Source of the DNA: Propionibacterium freudenreichii subsp. freudenreichii
GTDB taxonomy: Bacteria; Actinomycetota; Actinomycetes; Propionibacteriales; Propionibacteriaceae
DNA: 32,000 bases
NCBI RefSeq assembly: GCF_000940845.1
Contig: NZ_CP010341.1
Coordinates: 1,350,001-1,382,000 of the forward strand
Direction: 5' to 3'
In this document: positions 1 through 8,549 of the stretch, piece by piece
Layout of the letters: every line of letters begins with the position of its first letter
Position numbering within the stretch: the stretch's first letter is position 1
Translations under genes and position numbers: made by a program
The notes under the pieces: model-generated
The model's input: the letters and a program-made list of their open reading frames with translations, nothing else
Told to the model about the DNA's origin: nothing
The model's database searches: none

Positions 1-780
1 GTCGTAGCGGAAGACCCGAGATCCCGGATCGTTCTCCAGCAGGTAGTGCAACCGCTCGGCGCCCCCTGAGGCTCCGAGCAGGTGGCCCAGGGAGCGGATC
101 CGTGAGGGCCCCACGACATCGCCGTTGGGCGTGTGGATGGCCTCCTGCTCGGCCAGTCCGACCAGCCGGCGCATGCGGTCCCGATCGGAGGGGAAACGTT
201 GGTAGAACGCCCGGGACTTCGCGGCGAGCTCGCGGTAGGTGGCTGTGTACACGTCGTCGGCGGAACGACCCACCGGCGGTAGCCCACCGGTGAAATAGGC
301 GGCCGAGATCGCATCGGGATGGGTCGACAGATAGTGCAGTGCCGTGAACCCGCCGAAGGACTGGCCGAGCACCGCCCAGGACTCGACGCCCAACTCCTCG
401 CGCAGGTCCTCGCAATCGGCGACGATCTCATCGGCCCGCATGTGGCTCAGGTACTCCGCCTGGTCCTGCGGGGCACCGATGGGCTCGCTCACCGGATCGG
501 ACAACCCCGTGCCGCGCTGGTCGAGGAAGACCAGCTGGTAGTCCTCCAGAGCCCGGGGCAACCAGGCCGGGGTGGGTGGATCGAGGCTTGGCCGGGGGGA
601 CTCATGGCCGGGCCCGCCCTGCAGGAACAGCAGATAGGGCCGGCCGGTGCCCCCGGGTAGTGCCACGACGCGGGCGAAGATCGACAGCCGTCGTCCGTCG
701 AGCACGTTGATGTGGTCCAGTGGCACGTCGACGCGAATCGAACGGGTCATCAAGCCGGGGATACTGTGCTGCCATGTCAT
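1..780 (-). CDS. Prolyl-aminopeptidase-type alpha/beta hydrolase (peptidase S33-like). The C-terminus lies beyond the left window edge
   Basis: Absent from the ORF track because it runs off the edge. Translating the reverse strand from ATG 780-778 gives MTWQHSIPGLMTRSIRVDVPLDHINV...YLLFLQGGPGHESPRP...AVLGQSFGG..., with a GGPG oxyanion motif and a GxSxG nucleophile elbow. The frame stays open to position 1. An alternative in-frame ATG is at 750. A TAGCCT -10-like hexamer (792-787, minus strand) lies 6 nt upstream of ATG 780. Confidence 0.75.
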   Translation of the reverse strand, partial: MTWQHSIPGLMTRSIRVDVPLDHINVLDGRRLSIFARVVALPGGTGRPYLLFLQGGPGHESPRPSLDPPTPAWLPRALEDYQLVFLDQRGTGLSDPVSEPIGAPQDQAEYLSHMRADEIVADCEDLREELGVESWAVLGQSFGGFTALHYLSTHPDAISAAYFTGGLPPVGRSADDVYTATYRELAAKSRAFYQRFPSDRDRMRRLVGLAEQEAIHTPNGDVVGPSRIRSLGHLLGASGGAERLHYLLENDPGSRVFRYD

Positions 781-894
781 GCCCCAAGGCTAGGGGCCGG
801 ACCGCGCCCACGACAGGGCCCCGGAGAAATAGGCGCGTCCCGACGCGTCACCGGCGACCTGCCACGAACTTGTCGCACTCATAGACTGACTAGC

Positions 895-2169
895 GTGTCG
901 CCCATTGAGCTTGATTACCGCCTGTCACGTCACACCCTTGACAACGGCATGCACGTGGTCATCAACCACGACCCCACTGCGCCGGGAGAGGCGCTGAACA
1001 TCTGGTACCGCGTCGGATCAGCCGATGAACAACCCGGCGCCACCGGTTTCGCCCACCTGTTCGAGCACCTCATGTTCACCGGATCCGCGCAGGTGGCCGC
1101 CAGTGAGCACCTGTCACTGCTCGAGTCGATCGGCGGCTCGGCGAATGCCACGACGTCATTCGACCGCACCAACTACTTCGAGACGGTGCCCCCGGGTGCA
1201 CTTGACCTGGCGTTGTGGCTGGAGGGCGATCGGCTGGGCAGTCTCACCATCAGCGATGAGAGCTTCGCAACCCAGCGTGAGGTGGTCAAGGAGGAGAAGC
1301 GCCAGCGCTACGACAATGTGCCCTACGGCGATCTGCAAGACCTGATGATCGAGTTGAACTTCCCGCAGGACCATCCCTACGGGCACCTGCCGATCGGATC
1401 CATGGCCGACCTTGACGCAGCCACCCCCGATCAGGCACGGGCCTTCTTCGCGCGCTTCTACCGACCAAACAACGCCTTCCTCACGCTGAGCGGGCCGGTC
1501 GACCCGCAGCAGGCCCTGGCCTCGGTCCGCCGTTACCTGGGGGACCTGGACCCGGGTCCGGTGGATCGCCAACCCTCCCGCGGGCTGCCGCGCCATGAGG
1601 GCGTCCCGACGCTGGAGGTGACGCGCCCCGCGCCCAGCTCGATGGTGCACCTGTGCTGGCGGACGCCGGCCTATGCCGAGCGTGACCACCTGGTGGTTGA
1701 GCAGGCGCTGGCGGTGTTGGCATCCGGTCAGTCGAGCAGGCTGCCCGACCTGCTGGTGCGCCAGACGCAGATCGCCGATTCGGTGGGCGCCGGCGACTTC
1801 AGCCTGTCGCGCGGTGTCTCCCTGGCGGTGCTCTCTGCACGGGTGGCTCCGGGGCACAGCACCGAGGAGGTCTCCGAGGCCCTGGTCAGCGAAGTCGCCC
1901 GACTGTGCGACGAGGGACCCGACCAGGCCGAGATCGACCGCATCAATGCGGGCTTCGACCGATCGTGGCTCAGCCGCCTGGCGAGCGTGGACGAACGGGC
2001 CGACGAGATCAGCTCGATGGGCTGCCTGCTCGACGATCCCGGCCAGATCAACACCCTGCTGGGAACCATCCATGCGATCACGGCCGAGGACATCACCGCC
2101 GCTGCACGCCACTGGTTGGCTCCCGAGCACCGGTCGGTGCTCATCTACAACGCACAGGAGGCTCGATGA
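895..2169 (+). CDS. M16 (pitrilysin/insulinase) family zinc peptidase, catalytic-type subunit
   Basis: FAHLFEHLMFTGS contains the inverted zinc motif HxxEH, and a downstream REVVKEEKRQR glutamate region is present. Track ORF 712..2169 is trimmed to GTG 895 (VSPIELDYRLSRHTLDNGMHVV). The 712-780 portion overlaps the divergent gene, and TAGACT (882-887) sits 7 nt upstream of GTG 895. Confidence 0.85.
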   Translation: MSPIELDYRLSRHTLDNGMHVVINHDPTAPGEALNIWYRVGSADEQPGATGFAHLFEHLMFTGSAQVAASEHLSLLESIGGSANATTSFDRTNYFETVPPGALDLALWLEGDRLGSLTISDESFATQREVVKEEKRQRYDNVPYGDLQDLMIELNFPQDHPYGHLPIGSMADLDAATPDQARAFFARFYRPNNAFLTLSGPVDPQQALASVRRYLGDLDPGPVDRQPSRGLPRHEGVPTLEVTRPAPSSMVHLCWRTPAYAERDHLVVEQALAVLASGQSSRLPDLLVRQTQIADSVGAGDFSLSRGVSLAVLSARVAPGHSTEEVSEALVSEVARLCDEGPDQAEIDRINAGFDRSWLSRLASVDERADEISSMGCLLDDPGQINTLLGTIHAITAEDITAAARHWLAPEHRSVLIYNAQEAR

Positions 2170-3530
2170 GCTACCACCAGATCTCCCGACCCGAACTCGG
2201 TATCCGGCGGGAATGGCAGTTCCCCCTGCCCCAGATGCGCACCCTCGACAACGGGATGACGATCTGGGCCTACCAGCTCCCCGGGCAGTACGTGTTGAGC
2301 ATGGAACTCGTCTTCGATGTCGCCCTGAGCGACGAACCGACCGGGCACGAGGGCGTCGCCACGCTCGCCCTGCGTTGTTCCGACGAGGGCACGGTGGCCC
2401 ACCCGGGCAATGCACTGGCCGAGCGCATTGAGTCGATCGGCGCCGAATACGACGGCGGTGCGGCCCGTTGGGCCACACGCTGTGGCATTGACGTGGCGGC
2501 ACCCTACGCCGATCAGGCCGTCGACCTGCTGTCGGAGATCGTGCGCACCCCCGCCTATGAGGAACGCGACGTCGAACGCCATCGCACCCTGGCGCTCACC
2601 GAGATCGAGCAGATGCGCGCCAGCTCGGGATCCATGGCCTCGGTGGGCATGCGACAGGCCCTGTGGACGGCCGGCACCCGGCATGCCCTGCCGAGCACCG
2701 GAACGGCGCAGAGCATCGCCGGGCTGGACGCGACACAGGTCCGGGCCTTCCATGACCGGTGGTGGCGCCCTGACGGAAGCACGCTGATCCTGGCCGGTGA
2801 CCTACCCGACGGACTCGTGGACCGGACCGCGGAGGTCTTCTCGCGGTGGCCGTCCATCGGCTCGCGCAGCAACGCCGGGGCACCACGGGCCCGCGCCGGC
2901 GGAGCCCCGGTACGCGTCATCGATCGTCCGGGCTCGGTGGCCGCCGATGTGAGCTTCGGACTGGTCGGCCCCGCACACGACGACCCCCAGTGGTCCGCCC
3001 TGCAGGTGGCCACCGAAGCCGTCGGTGGGGCCTTCGGCAGCCGACTCAACCTGAGCCTGCGCGAACGGCTCGGATACACCTACGGCGTGTCGGCGTCGCT
3101 GTCGGCAAGCCGCTTCAACAGCGCCTTCGGGTCGTCGGCGAGCATCCGCAACGAGGTGGTCGCCGCAGCCTGTCGCGAGGCCCTCGACCAGTTGGACCTG
3201 GACGGCCATCCGCTCCGCGACGAGGAGGTCAGTTCTGCCATCGACTCCCTCATTGCGATCGCCCCACTGCGTTACGACACCGCCGGCGCGATCGTCGGGC
3301 AGGCGGGAGCCCTGGCGGCTCGCGGGTTCTCCCCTGATTGGATCAATCAGGTCAATCGCGGTATCGCGGCCACCACCACCGACCAGGCCAACGAGGCCTT
3401 CGATGCGCTCGTCTCGCGGTCAGTCCGCGAGCACACCCTGCGCATGGTGATCTGCGGTGATGCCGGGCAGCTGGTCGGCCCGCTGGAGGCCGATGGCTTC
3501 CGGGTGGAGCCGTTCGCCCCGATCCTGTGA
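2166..3530 (+). CDS. M16 family peptidase, non-catalytic partner type (no HxxEH)
   Basis: Track ORF 1905..3530 is trimmed to ATG 2166 (MSYHQISRPELGIRREWQFPLPQMRTLDNGMTIW). AGGAGG lies at 2153-2158. The ATGA overlap with the upstream stop (2167-2169) suggests translational coupling. The fold resembles the upstream gene, but the HxxEH position reads TGHEGVATLALRC. Confidence 0.85.
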   Translation: MSYHQISRPELGIRREWQFPLPQMRTLDNGMTIWAYQLPGQYVLSMELVFDVALSDEPTGHEGVATLALRCSDEGTVAHPGNALAERIESIGAEYDGGAARWATRCGIDVAAPYADQAVDLLSEIVRTPAYEERDVERHRTLALTEIEQMRASSGSMASVGMRQALWTAGTRHALPSTGTAQSIAGLDATQVRAFHDRWWRPDGSTLILAGDLPDGLVDRTAEVFSRWPSIGSRSNAGAPRARAGGAPVRVIDRPGSVAADVSFGLVGPAHDDPQWSALQVATEAVGGAFGSRLNLSLRERLGYTYGVSASLSASRFNSAFGSSASIRNEVVAAACREALDQLDLDGHPLRDEEVSSAIDSLIAIAPLRYDTAGAIVGQAGALAARGFSPDWINQVNRGIAATTTDQANEAFDALVSRSVREHTLRMVICGDAGQLVGPLEADGFRVEPFAPIL

Positions 3531-3551
3531 CCGACCGCGGGCCGCGCCCGC

Positions 3552-3595
3552 ACGTGAAATCCCCCGGCAGCGTTGGCTACCGGGGGATTTCACGT
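3552..3595. terminator. Bidirectional intrinsic-terminator-like hairpin between convergent genes
   Basis: Perfect 16-bp inverted repeat: acgtgaaatcccccgg (3552-3567) and ccgggggatttcacgt (3580-3595), with a 12-nt loop. It lies between the stop at 3530 (+) and the stop at 3614 (-). Confidence 0.7.
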
Positions 3596-3613
3596 TGACG
3601 CGATGCTGGCGGA

Positions 3614-6553
3614 TCAGCCGCCGGCGGCCGCCATGGCCTCGCTCACCTTGGCCTGGGCAACCTGCATCTGGGACTGGTAGGTGGCCAGGTCCCCCGCCTT
3701 GAGCGCCTTGTCGGCCGCGGAGAAGGCGTCATTGGCCGCCTGGAGATTCGCCTTCACGGCCTCCTCACCGGTGGCCGGGACCTGCTGGGTTGCCCCGGCC
3801 TGCCCGGGCTGGGCGTTCTCACCGGTGCTTGCTCCGGCATTTCCACCGAAGACGGTGTCCAGCGCCTCCTGCAGCGTTGTCCCGATACCGATGTGGGTCC
3901 CGTAGCGGGCCACGACGAAGCGCAACACCGGGTAGCTGCCGGCCGAGGAATCCTTGCGCTGGGTGTAGATCGGCTCGATGTAGATCAGTCCATCACCGAG
4001 CGGCAGAGTCAGCAGGTTTCCGTACAACGCGTCGGCAGAACCACTGCCACCCTGTCCCACGAAGGGCAGCAGGTGGTCGGCAACGGACTGGTCGGAGGAA
4101 ATGGCGTTGTAGGTCTGGTTCGGCCCCGGAACCTGCTGGGTGTCCGACAGCCTCAGCACGCGGATCTTGCCGTAATCAGGATTGGACGTATCGGCGACCA
4201 CCGACATGTAGGCGCCCATGTTCTCGCGCTTGTTGGGCACATAGACAGCGGTCTGGCTGAACACCGGGGCCGCATCCCCCGGCCACTTGATGGACAGGTA
4301 GTAGGGAGGTTCGGCCTTGCCGCTCTTGTCACGCGGATCGGCCGGCACCACCCACAGGTCCGACTGGTTGTACCAGTTGCCCGGATCAGTCATGTGGTAG
4401 CGCCCGAGGATCTGACGCTGCACCTTGAACAGGTCCTGCGGATAGCGCAGGTGCGACAGCAGCTCGGGCGATGCCTGGCTCTTGTCCGTCAGCACTCCCG
4501 GGAAGGCCTTCTCCCAGGTCTTCAGGATCGGGTCAGAGGTGTCCCACGCGTACAGCTTCACGCTGCCGTCATAGGCGTCGACCACTGCCTTCACCGAGTT
4601 GCGCACGTAGTTGACCTGCTTGGTGTCGGTGCCCTGGCGCCAGCTGCTCGCCGAGTCGGAGATGGTGTCCTGCATGTTGATGTGCTGGCTGTTCGGGTAG
4701 TTGGCGGTGCTGGTGTAGGCGTCCGCGATCCACACGATGCGCCCGTCCACGACGGCCGGGTACGGGTCCTGGTCGACCGTCAGCCAGGGGGCCACGGCCT
4801 TGACCCGCTCCTGGGGCGTGCGGTTGTACAGGATCTGCGAGTTCTGGTTCACCCTGCCCGACAGCAGCAGGTTCATGTCGCCGAACTTCGTCGCGTACAT
4901 GGCACGCGTGATGGGATTGCCGATCGGCACGCCACCGGTCCCGGTGTAGGTGGAGTGCTGCTCGCCACCGGCGGTGTTGCCGCCCGGGGTGTCCAGCTCC
5001 ACCGGATCGGCGCCCTCGACGTTTCCGGCAATCACATACTGGTTCTGCTTCTCACCGAAGTAGATGCGTGGCTGTTGCTCGTTGAGCTTGCCCTGGGGAG
5101 GAATGTCCCACTCGATCCACTCCGGTTCGCCGTTGGCCTGGGCACGTGATCCGTAGGAGGCCACCATGCCGAAGCCATGGGTGTAGACCGTGTGGATGTT
5201 GTTCCAGCTCTGGTCGGGCAGGCCGTTGATGTCAATCTCGCGCGCCGCGACGACGGTGTCGGTCTTCTTGCCGTCGATCTCATAGCGATCAACATCGAGC
5301 ACATTGGGGAAGGTGTAGAAGCCGCGCACCTGCTGCAGTTGCTCGAAGGTCGGCGCAATGATCGCCGGGTCCATCAGGCGAATGGCCGGCAACGCCTCGG
5401 CATCAGACTTGAGCTGGCCCTGGCTGACGTCGGTCTTCGCCGAATAGTCCGTGATGGACACATCGTCGATGTCGTAGGCCTGCCGGGTGGCGGCGATCTG
5501 GTTCTGGATATAGGGGCGCTCACGGTCGGGCTCGCTCGGGCGCACGTCGAAGCGTTGGATGACCGCCGGATAGATGCCCTGGATGAGCAGGCTCGACACG
5601 ACCATGAGGATGATCGCCGTGCCGGGGACGCGCCACGCGCGCAGCCTGGCGTTGGCGAAGAACATCGCGGCGCAGATGAAGGCGATGATCGCCACGATCA
5701 GCCGTGCAGTGATCCGGGCGTGGTCATCGGTGTAGCCGATGCCGGTGAACAGGGTGTCGTTGTCGGAGATGGCGAATTCATAGCGCGCGAAGAGCTGTTG
5801 CACTCCGTAGACGACCAGAATCAGACCAAACATGATCGACAGGTGCACCTGCGCTGCCATCCCGAAGGGATTGTGCACCTCCACGCGGGGCGGCTCGCCG
5901 CCAGGCGTGCCCGGCAGGGGACCACGGAAGCGCACGGGTGAGGCGTGCAGGGACCCGGTGATCAGGTGCACGATCGCCGCGACGATCGTGCCCACGATCA
6001 ACGTGGCGAGCACCATGCCGAGCACGAACTGCAGGAAGGGGAGGGTGAACGTGTAGAACGAGACGTCCTTGTTGAAATAGGCGTCACGCTGGCCGAACGG
6101 CGTGCGGTTGATGAACAGCAGGACGTCGTCCACGTGCGTGGTGGCGACGGCGCCCGCGATGACGCCGATCACGATCGAGGGAAGGGCGATCACCAGCCGG
6201 GTGCGCCGTGCCAGCGCCTGCCGGTAGTGGTCGAGCACATCGGATTCCAGCGGTGCCGGCTTGTCGGGCCGTCGTCGCCAGGCGATCGCCATGGTGACCG
6301 CGCAGACCACGGCCATCAGCACCGCGCTGGCCAGGAACAGGGCCACCGCAGTGATCATCCGCGTGGTGAAGACCTGCTGGAAGGACAGCCGACGGAACCA
6401 CAGCCAGTCGGTCACCACCTCGGTGACCAGCCACCACGCGGCGATGATCGCCACCAGCACCACGAGTGTGATGCCAAGGGCGCTCCTGCGGCGCGTGGAC
6501 TTCTGCTGTGGGTTGCGCGCCCTATTGGCCGCGGACCTGTGTGAGCGATTCAC
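3614..6553 (-). CDS. UPF0182 family integral membrane protein (Rv3193c-like), 979 aa
   Basis: The basic N-terminus is followed by several hydrophobic helices (ITLVVLVAIIAAWWLVTEVVTDWLWFRRLSF...). A large soluble domain follows, then an Ala/Gln-rich tail. Size and architecture are typical of actinobacterial UPF0182. GTG start 6553 overlaps the upstream stop by 4 nt (GTGA). Confidence 0.9.
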   Translation of the reverse strand: MNRSHRSAANRARNPQQKSTRRRSALGITLVVLVAIIAAWWLVTEVVTDWLWFRRLSFQQVFTTRMITAVALFLASAVLMAVVCAVTMAIAWRRRPDKPAPLESDVLDHYRQALARRTRLVIALPSIVIGVIAGAVATTHVDDVLLFINRTPFGQRDAYFNKDVSFYTFTLPFLQFVLGMVLATLIVGTIVAAIVHLITGSLHASPVRFRGPLPGTPGGEPPRVEVHNPFGMAAQVHLSIMFGLILVVYGVQQLFARYEFAISDNDTLFTGIGYTDDHARITARLIVAIIAFICAAMFFANARLRAWRVPGTAIILMVVSSLLIQGIYPAVIQRFDVRPSEPDRERPYIQNQIAATRQAYDIDDVSITDYSAKTDVSQGQLKSDAEALPAIRLMDPAIIAPTFEQLQQVRGFYTFPNVLDVDRYEIDGKKTDTVVAAREIDINGLPDQSWNNIHTVYTHGFGMVASYGSRAQANGEPEWIEWDIPPQGKLNEQQPRIYFGEKQNQYVIAGNVEGADPVELDTPGGNTAGGEQHSTYTGTGGVPIGNPITRAMYATKFGDMNLLLSGRVNQNSQILYNRTPQERVKAVAPWLTVDQDPYPAVVDGRIVWIADAYTSTANYPNSQHINMQDTISDSASSWRQGTDTKQVNYVRNSVKAVVDAYDGSVKLYAWDTSDPILKTWEKAFPGVLTDKSQASPELLSHLRYPQDLFKVQRQILGRYHMTDPGNWYNQSDLWVVPADPRDKSGKAEPPYYLSIKWPGDAAPVFSQTAVYVPNKRENMGAYMSVVADTSNPDYGKIRVLRLSDTQQVPGPNQTYNAISSDQSVADHLLPFVGQGGSGSADALYGNLLTLPLGDGLIYIEPIYTQRKDSSAGSYPVLRFVVARYGTHIGIGTTLQEALDTVFGGNAGASTGENAQPGQAGATQQVPATGEEAVKANLQAANDAFSAADKALKAGDLATYQSQMQVAQAKVSEAMAAAGG

Positions 6554-7149
6554 GATTCCTCGTTCTCCCCCCAGTGGAAGGTTCGTGCCAGTGCGCTGGT
6601 CAGCGCCGGAACAAGATTGTCCCCGGCAAGTAAGTCATCCGGCTTGCTCGCCAACCGTGCCACACCGTAGTGGGTGCCGTCACGCATGACGCCAACGACC
6701 ACCCGGATCTCCTCGTGGCGGGGGTGCGTTGCGACGAATTCCGCGGCCTTGTCAGGATCATCGGGAATCTGGTCCTCCACGTCCGCGGGCAGGAAGGTGC
6801 GCTCGGTGGTGATCGCGGCCCCCGCAACGGTGTCGGGCCACCCGATCGTGGCCAGCCCCTCGAGCAGGTCGGAGCCGGGATGGAAGTCATCCTGTTCGAC
6901 CGAGGAGAGCTGGTCAGCGGTGTTGACCACCAGCTGGTCTCCCAGTGCCGGCTCGGCGGCAAGCAGTTCAGCGGTGGGAACCAGGGCGAACAATCGAGAG
7001 GGTTGGTCCCACCCGGAACGTGCCACGAAGCGCTCGATCTCCACCAGTGCGGCGCTCAGCCTGTCCAGAGCATCGTGCTGGTCATCGCGGGCCTCGGCCC
7101 GCTCCTCACCGTCGGACAACTCGCCCGCCGCATCACGTGGTTGGTTCAT
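6550..7149 (-). CDS. Conserved actinobacterial hypothetical protein (PPA1309-family-like), about 199 aa
   Basis: Track ORF 6550..7269 is trimmed to ATG 7149 (MNQPRDAAGELSDGEERAE...), preceded by GGACGAGG. The acidic N-terminus is followed by a conserved-looking core (SGWDQPSRLFALVPTAELL...). The position between the PDZ/Lon-like gene and UPF0182 matches the synteny I recall. The family name is from memory and not verified. Confidence 0.7.
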   Translation of the reverse strand: MNQPRDAAGELSDGEERAEARDDQHDALDRLSAALVEIERFVARSGWDQPSRLFALVPTAELLAAEPALGDQLVVNTADQLSSVEQDDFHPGSDLLEGLATIGWPDTVAGAAITTERTFLPADVEDQIPDDPDKAAEFVATHPRHEEIRVVVGVMRDGTHYGVARLASKPDDLLAGDNLVPALTSALARTFHWGENEES

Positions 7150-7265
7150 CCTCGTCCTGTTCGTTGGTTGTGCTGTGTCGACATTGCTGTCGCATCGCTT
7201 CTGTCTGGTTGCTGCCGGGGGCCCGACGCGGCGGATCTGGGGTGCCGTCACGGCTGCGGGCTTCA

Positions 7266-8309
7266 TCAACAGCGCGGCACGCCGTTCATATCGCCCCGGG
7301 CCAGCGACTCGAGTGAGGTGATGGCATCGTCGAGCTTGTTCACCTTCACCAGGTCGAGGCTGGTCTTCACCTGCTGGGTTTCCGAACAGTTCCCGGCCGG
7401 GACGAGGAAGACAGTGGCCCCACCCCGCTCGGCGCTGCGCAGCTTCTCCTCAACCCCGGAAGTGGCCCCCACGGTGCCCGAGGGATCGATCGTGCCGGTT
7501 GCCGCGATCGTGCGGCCCTGGGCGAGGTCGGTGGGTGAGACGAGCTCGTACACCGCCAGTGCCAGCACCAGGCCGTCGCGCGGCTGGTCGATGTCGGGGT
7601 CGATCGTGAACTGCACCTGAGGGAGATATTGGTATCCGTCGCGCAGGGTCATGCCCGCGCGCGGCACGCTGCGGTCCGAGGCGCTGGCCTGGGTGGTCAC
7701 CTGCACCTTCATGACCGCTCCATTGCGGGTGATCCCGAATTCGATGGTGTCGCCGATGCTGACGTCCTTGATGATGTTGGTCACATCGGAGGCAGCCGAG
7801 ACGATCTTGCCGTTGACGGTGTCGATGACGTCGCCGGCCTGCAGCAGTTCGTAGGCGGGTCCCCCGCTGGACACCGAATCGATCACCGCATTCTCCTGCA
7901 CCGGTATGTGGGCGGCACGCAGCGCAGCAACCGTCGCATTGCGCTGCGAGGTGTCCATCTCGTCGGCGGATTGCTGGGTCAGCTCAGAGGCACTCATCCC
8001 CACCGGGTAGATCCAGTCGCGGGGCATCACATTGTGGAAGGGCAGCAGGTAATTGGCCAGGGCCTCGGGCAGGGTGAGATGTGAGTCGGACTTGGTGGCG
8101 GCCACGGTGGACAACAGCAGCTGACCATCGGTGGGGCTCGTCTCGGCACCGCTGACCTGCACGGCCGGCTCGCCGCCCTGCGCACCCAAAAGGTTGTAGG
8201 TGACCCCGGGACTCCAGGCCACGAAGGGAATCGGGATCAGGGTGACGGCGCCTGCCAACAACACGAAGCACAGTGCTGCGACGATCGCCGTGCGGGTGTT
8301 ACGGGTCAT
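7266..8309 (-). CDS. Membrane-anchored PDZ plus Lon-like (S16/YlbL-type) domain protein (Rv3194c-like)
   Basis: N-terminal TM helix (TAIVAALCFVLLAGAVTLIPIPF). PDZ-like segment (GGPAYELLQAGDVIDTVNGKIVSAASDV...IGDTIEFGITRNGAVMKVQV). C-terminal Lon-protease-like segment (TIAATGTIDPSGTVGATSGVEEKLRSAERGGATVFLVPAGNC). Confidence 0.8.
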   Translation of the reverse strand: MTRNTRTAIVAALCFVLLAGAVTLIPIPFVAWSPGVTYNLLGAQGGEPAVQVSGAETSPTDGQLLLSTVAATKSDSHLTLPEALANYLLPFHNVMPRDWIYPVGMSASELTQQSADEMDTSQRNATVAALRAAHIPVQENAVIDSVSSGGPAYELLQAGDVIDTVNGKIVSAASDVTNIIKDVSIGDTIEFGITRNGAVMKVQVTTQASASDRSVPRAGMTLRDGYQYLPQVQFTIDPDIDQPRDGLVLALAVYELVSPTDLAQGRTIAATGTIDPSGTVGATSGVEEKLRSAERGGATVFLVPAGNCSETQQVKTSLDLVKVNKLDDAITSLESLARGDMNGVPRC

Positions 8310-8549
8310 GCGGACATCACGGCACCATCGCCGGTTGTGCCCCTGGGACCTGACATGGCGATGAGTTTAGCTGAGCGGGGAGCGTCGATGCGTGACCAAT
8401 TCCCCCGCACGGGGCGATTCCGGATGAATCCCCCGCCATGGTCGGGTTGATCCCGGCCGTGTGTAACGGGCTTGGGTGGGTGCGCTTGAATGGGGACAAG
8501 AGCAGTGGGAGTGCCCGCGGGCGCGCTGCGCACGATCGAGGAGCCTGTC

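Noticed and set aside
870-887. TTGTCGCAC upstream of the M16 gene, considered as a third RecA-NDp motif
   Set aside because: The spacing to the TAGACT -10 is 3 nt rather than 8, and the gtg part is not matched. It is probably coincidental.
1156-2502. 448-aa ORF on the minus strand spanning both M16 peptidase genes
   Set aside because: It is antisense to two genes with clear family motifs. The product is Arg/Pro/Gly-rich and low-complexity with no recognisable motif. This is the typical shadow ORF of high-GC DNA.
3893-5149. 418-aa plus-strand ORF inside the UPF0182 gene
   Set aside because: It is an antisense shadow ORF. The minus-strand frame gives a coherent membrane protein, while this frame gives repetitive V/G/R/H-rich sequence.
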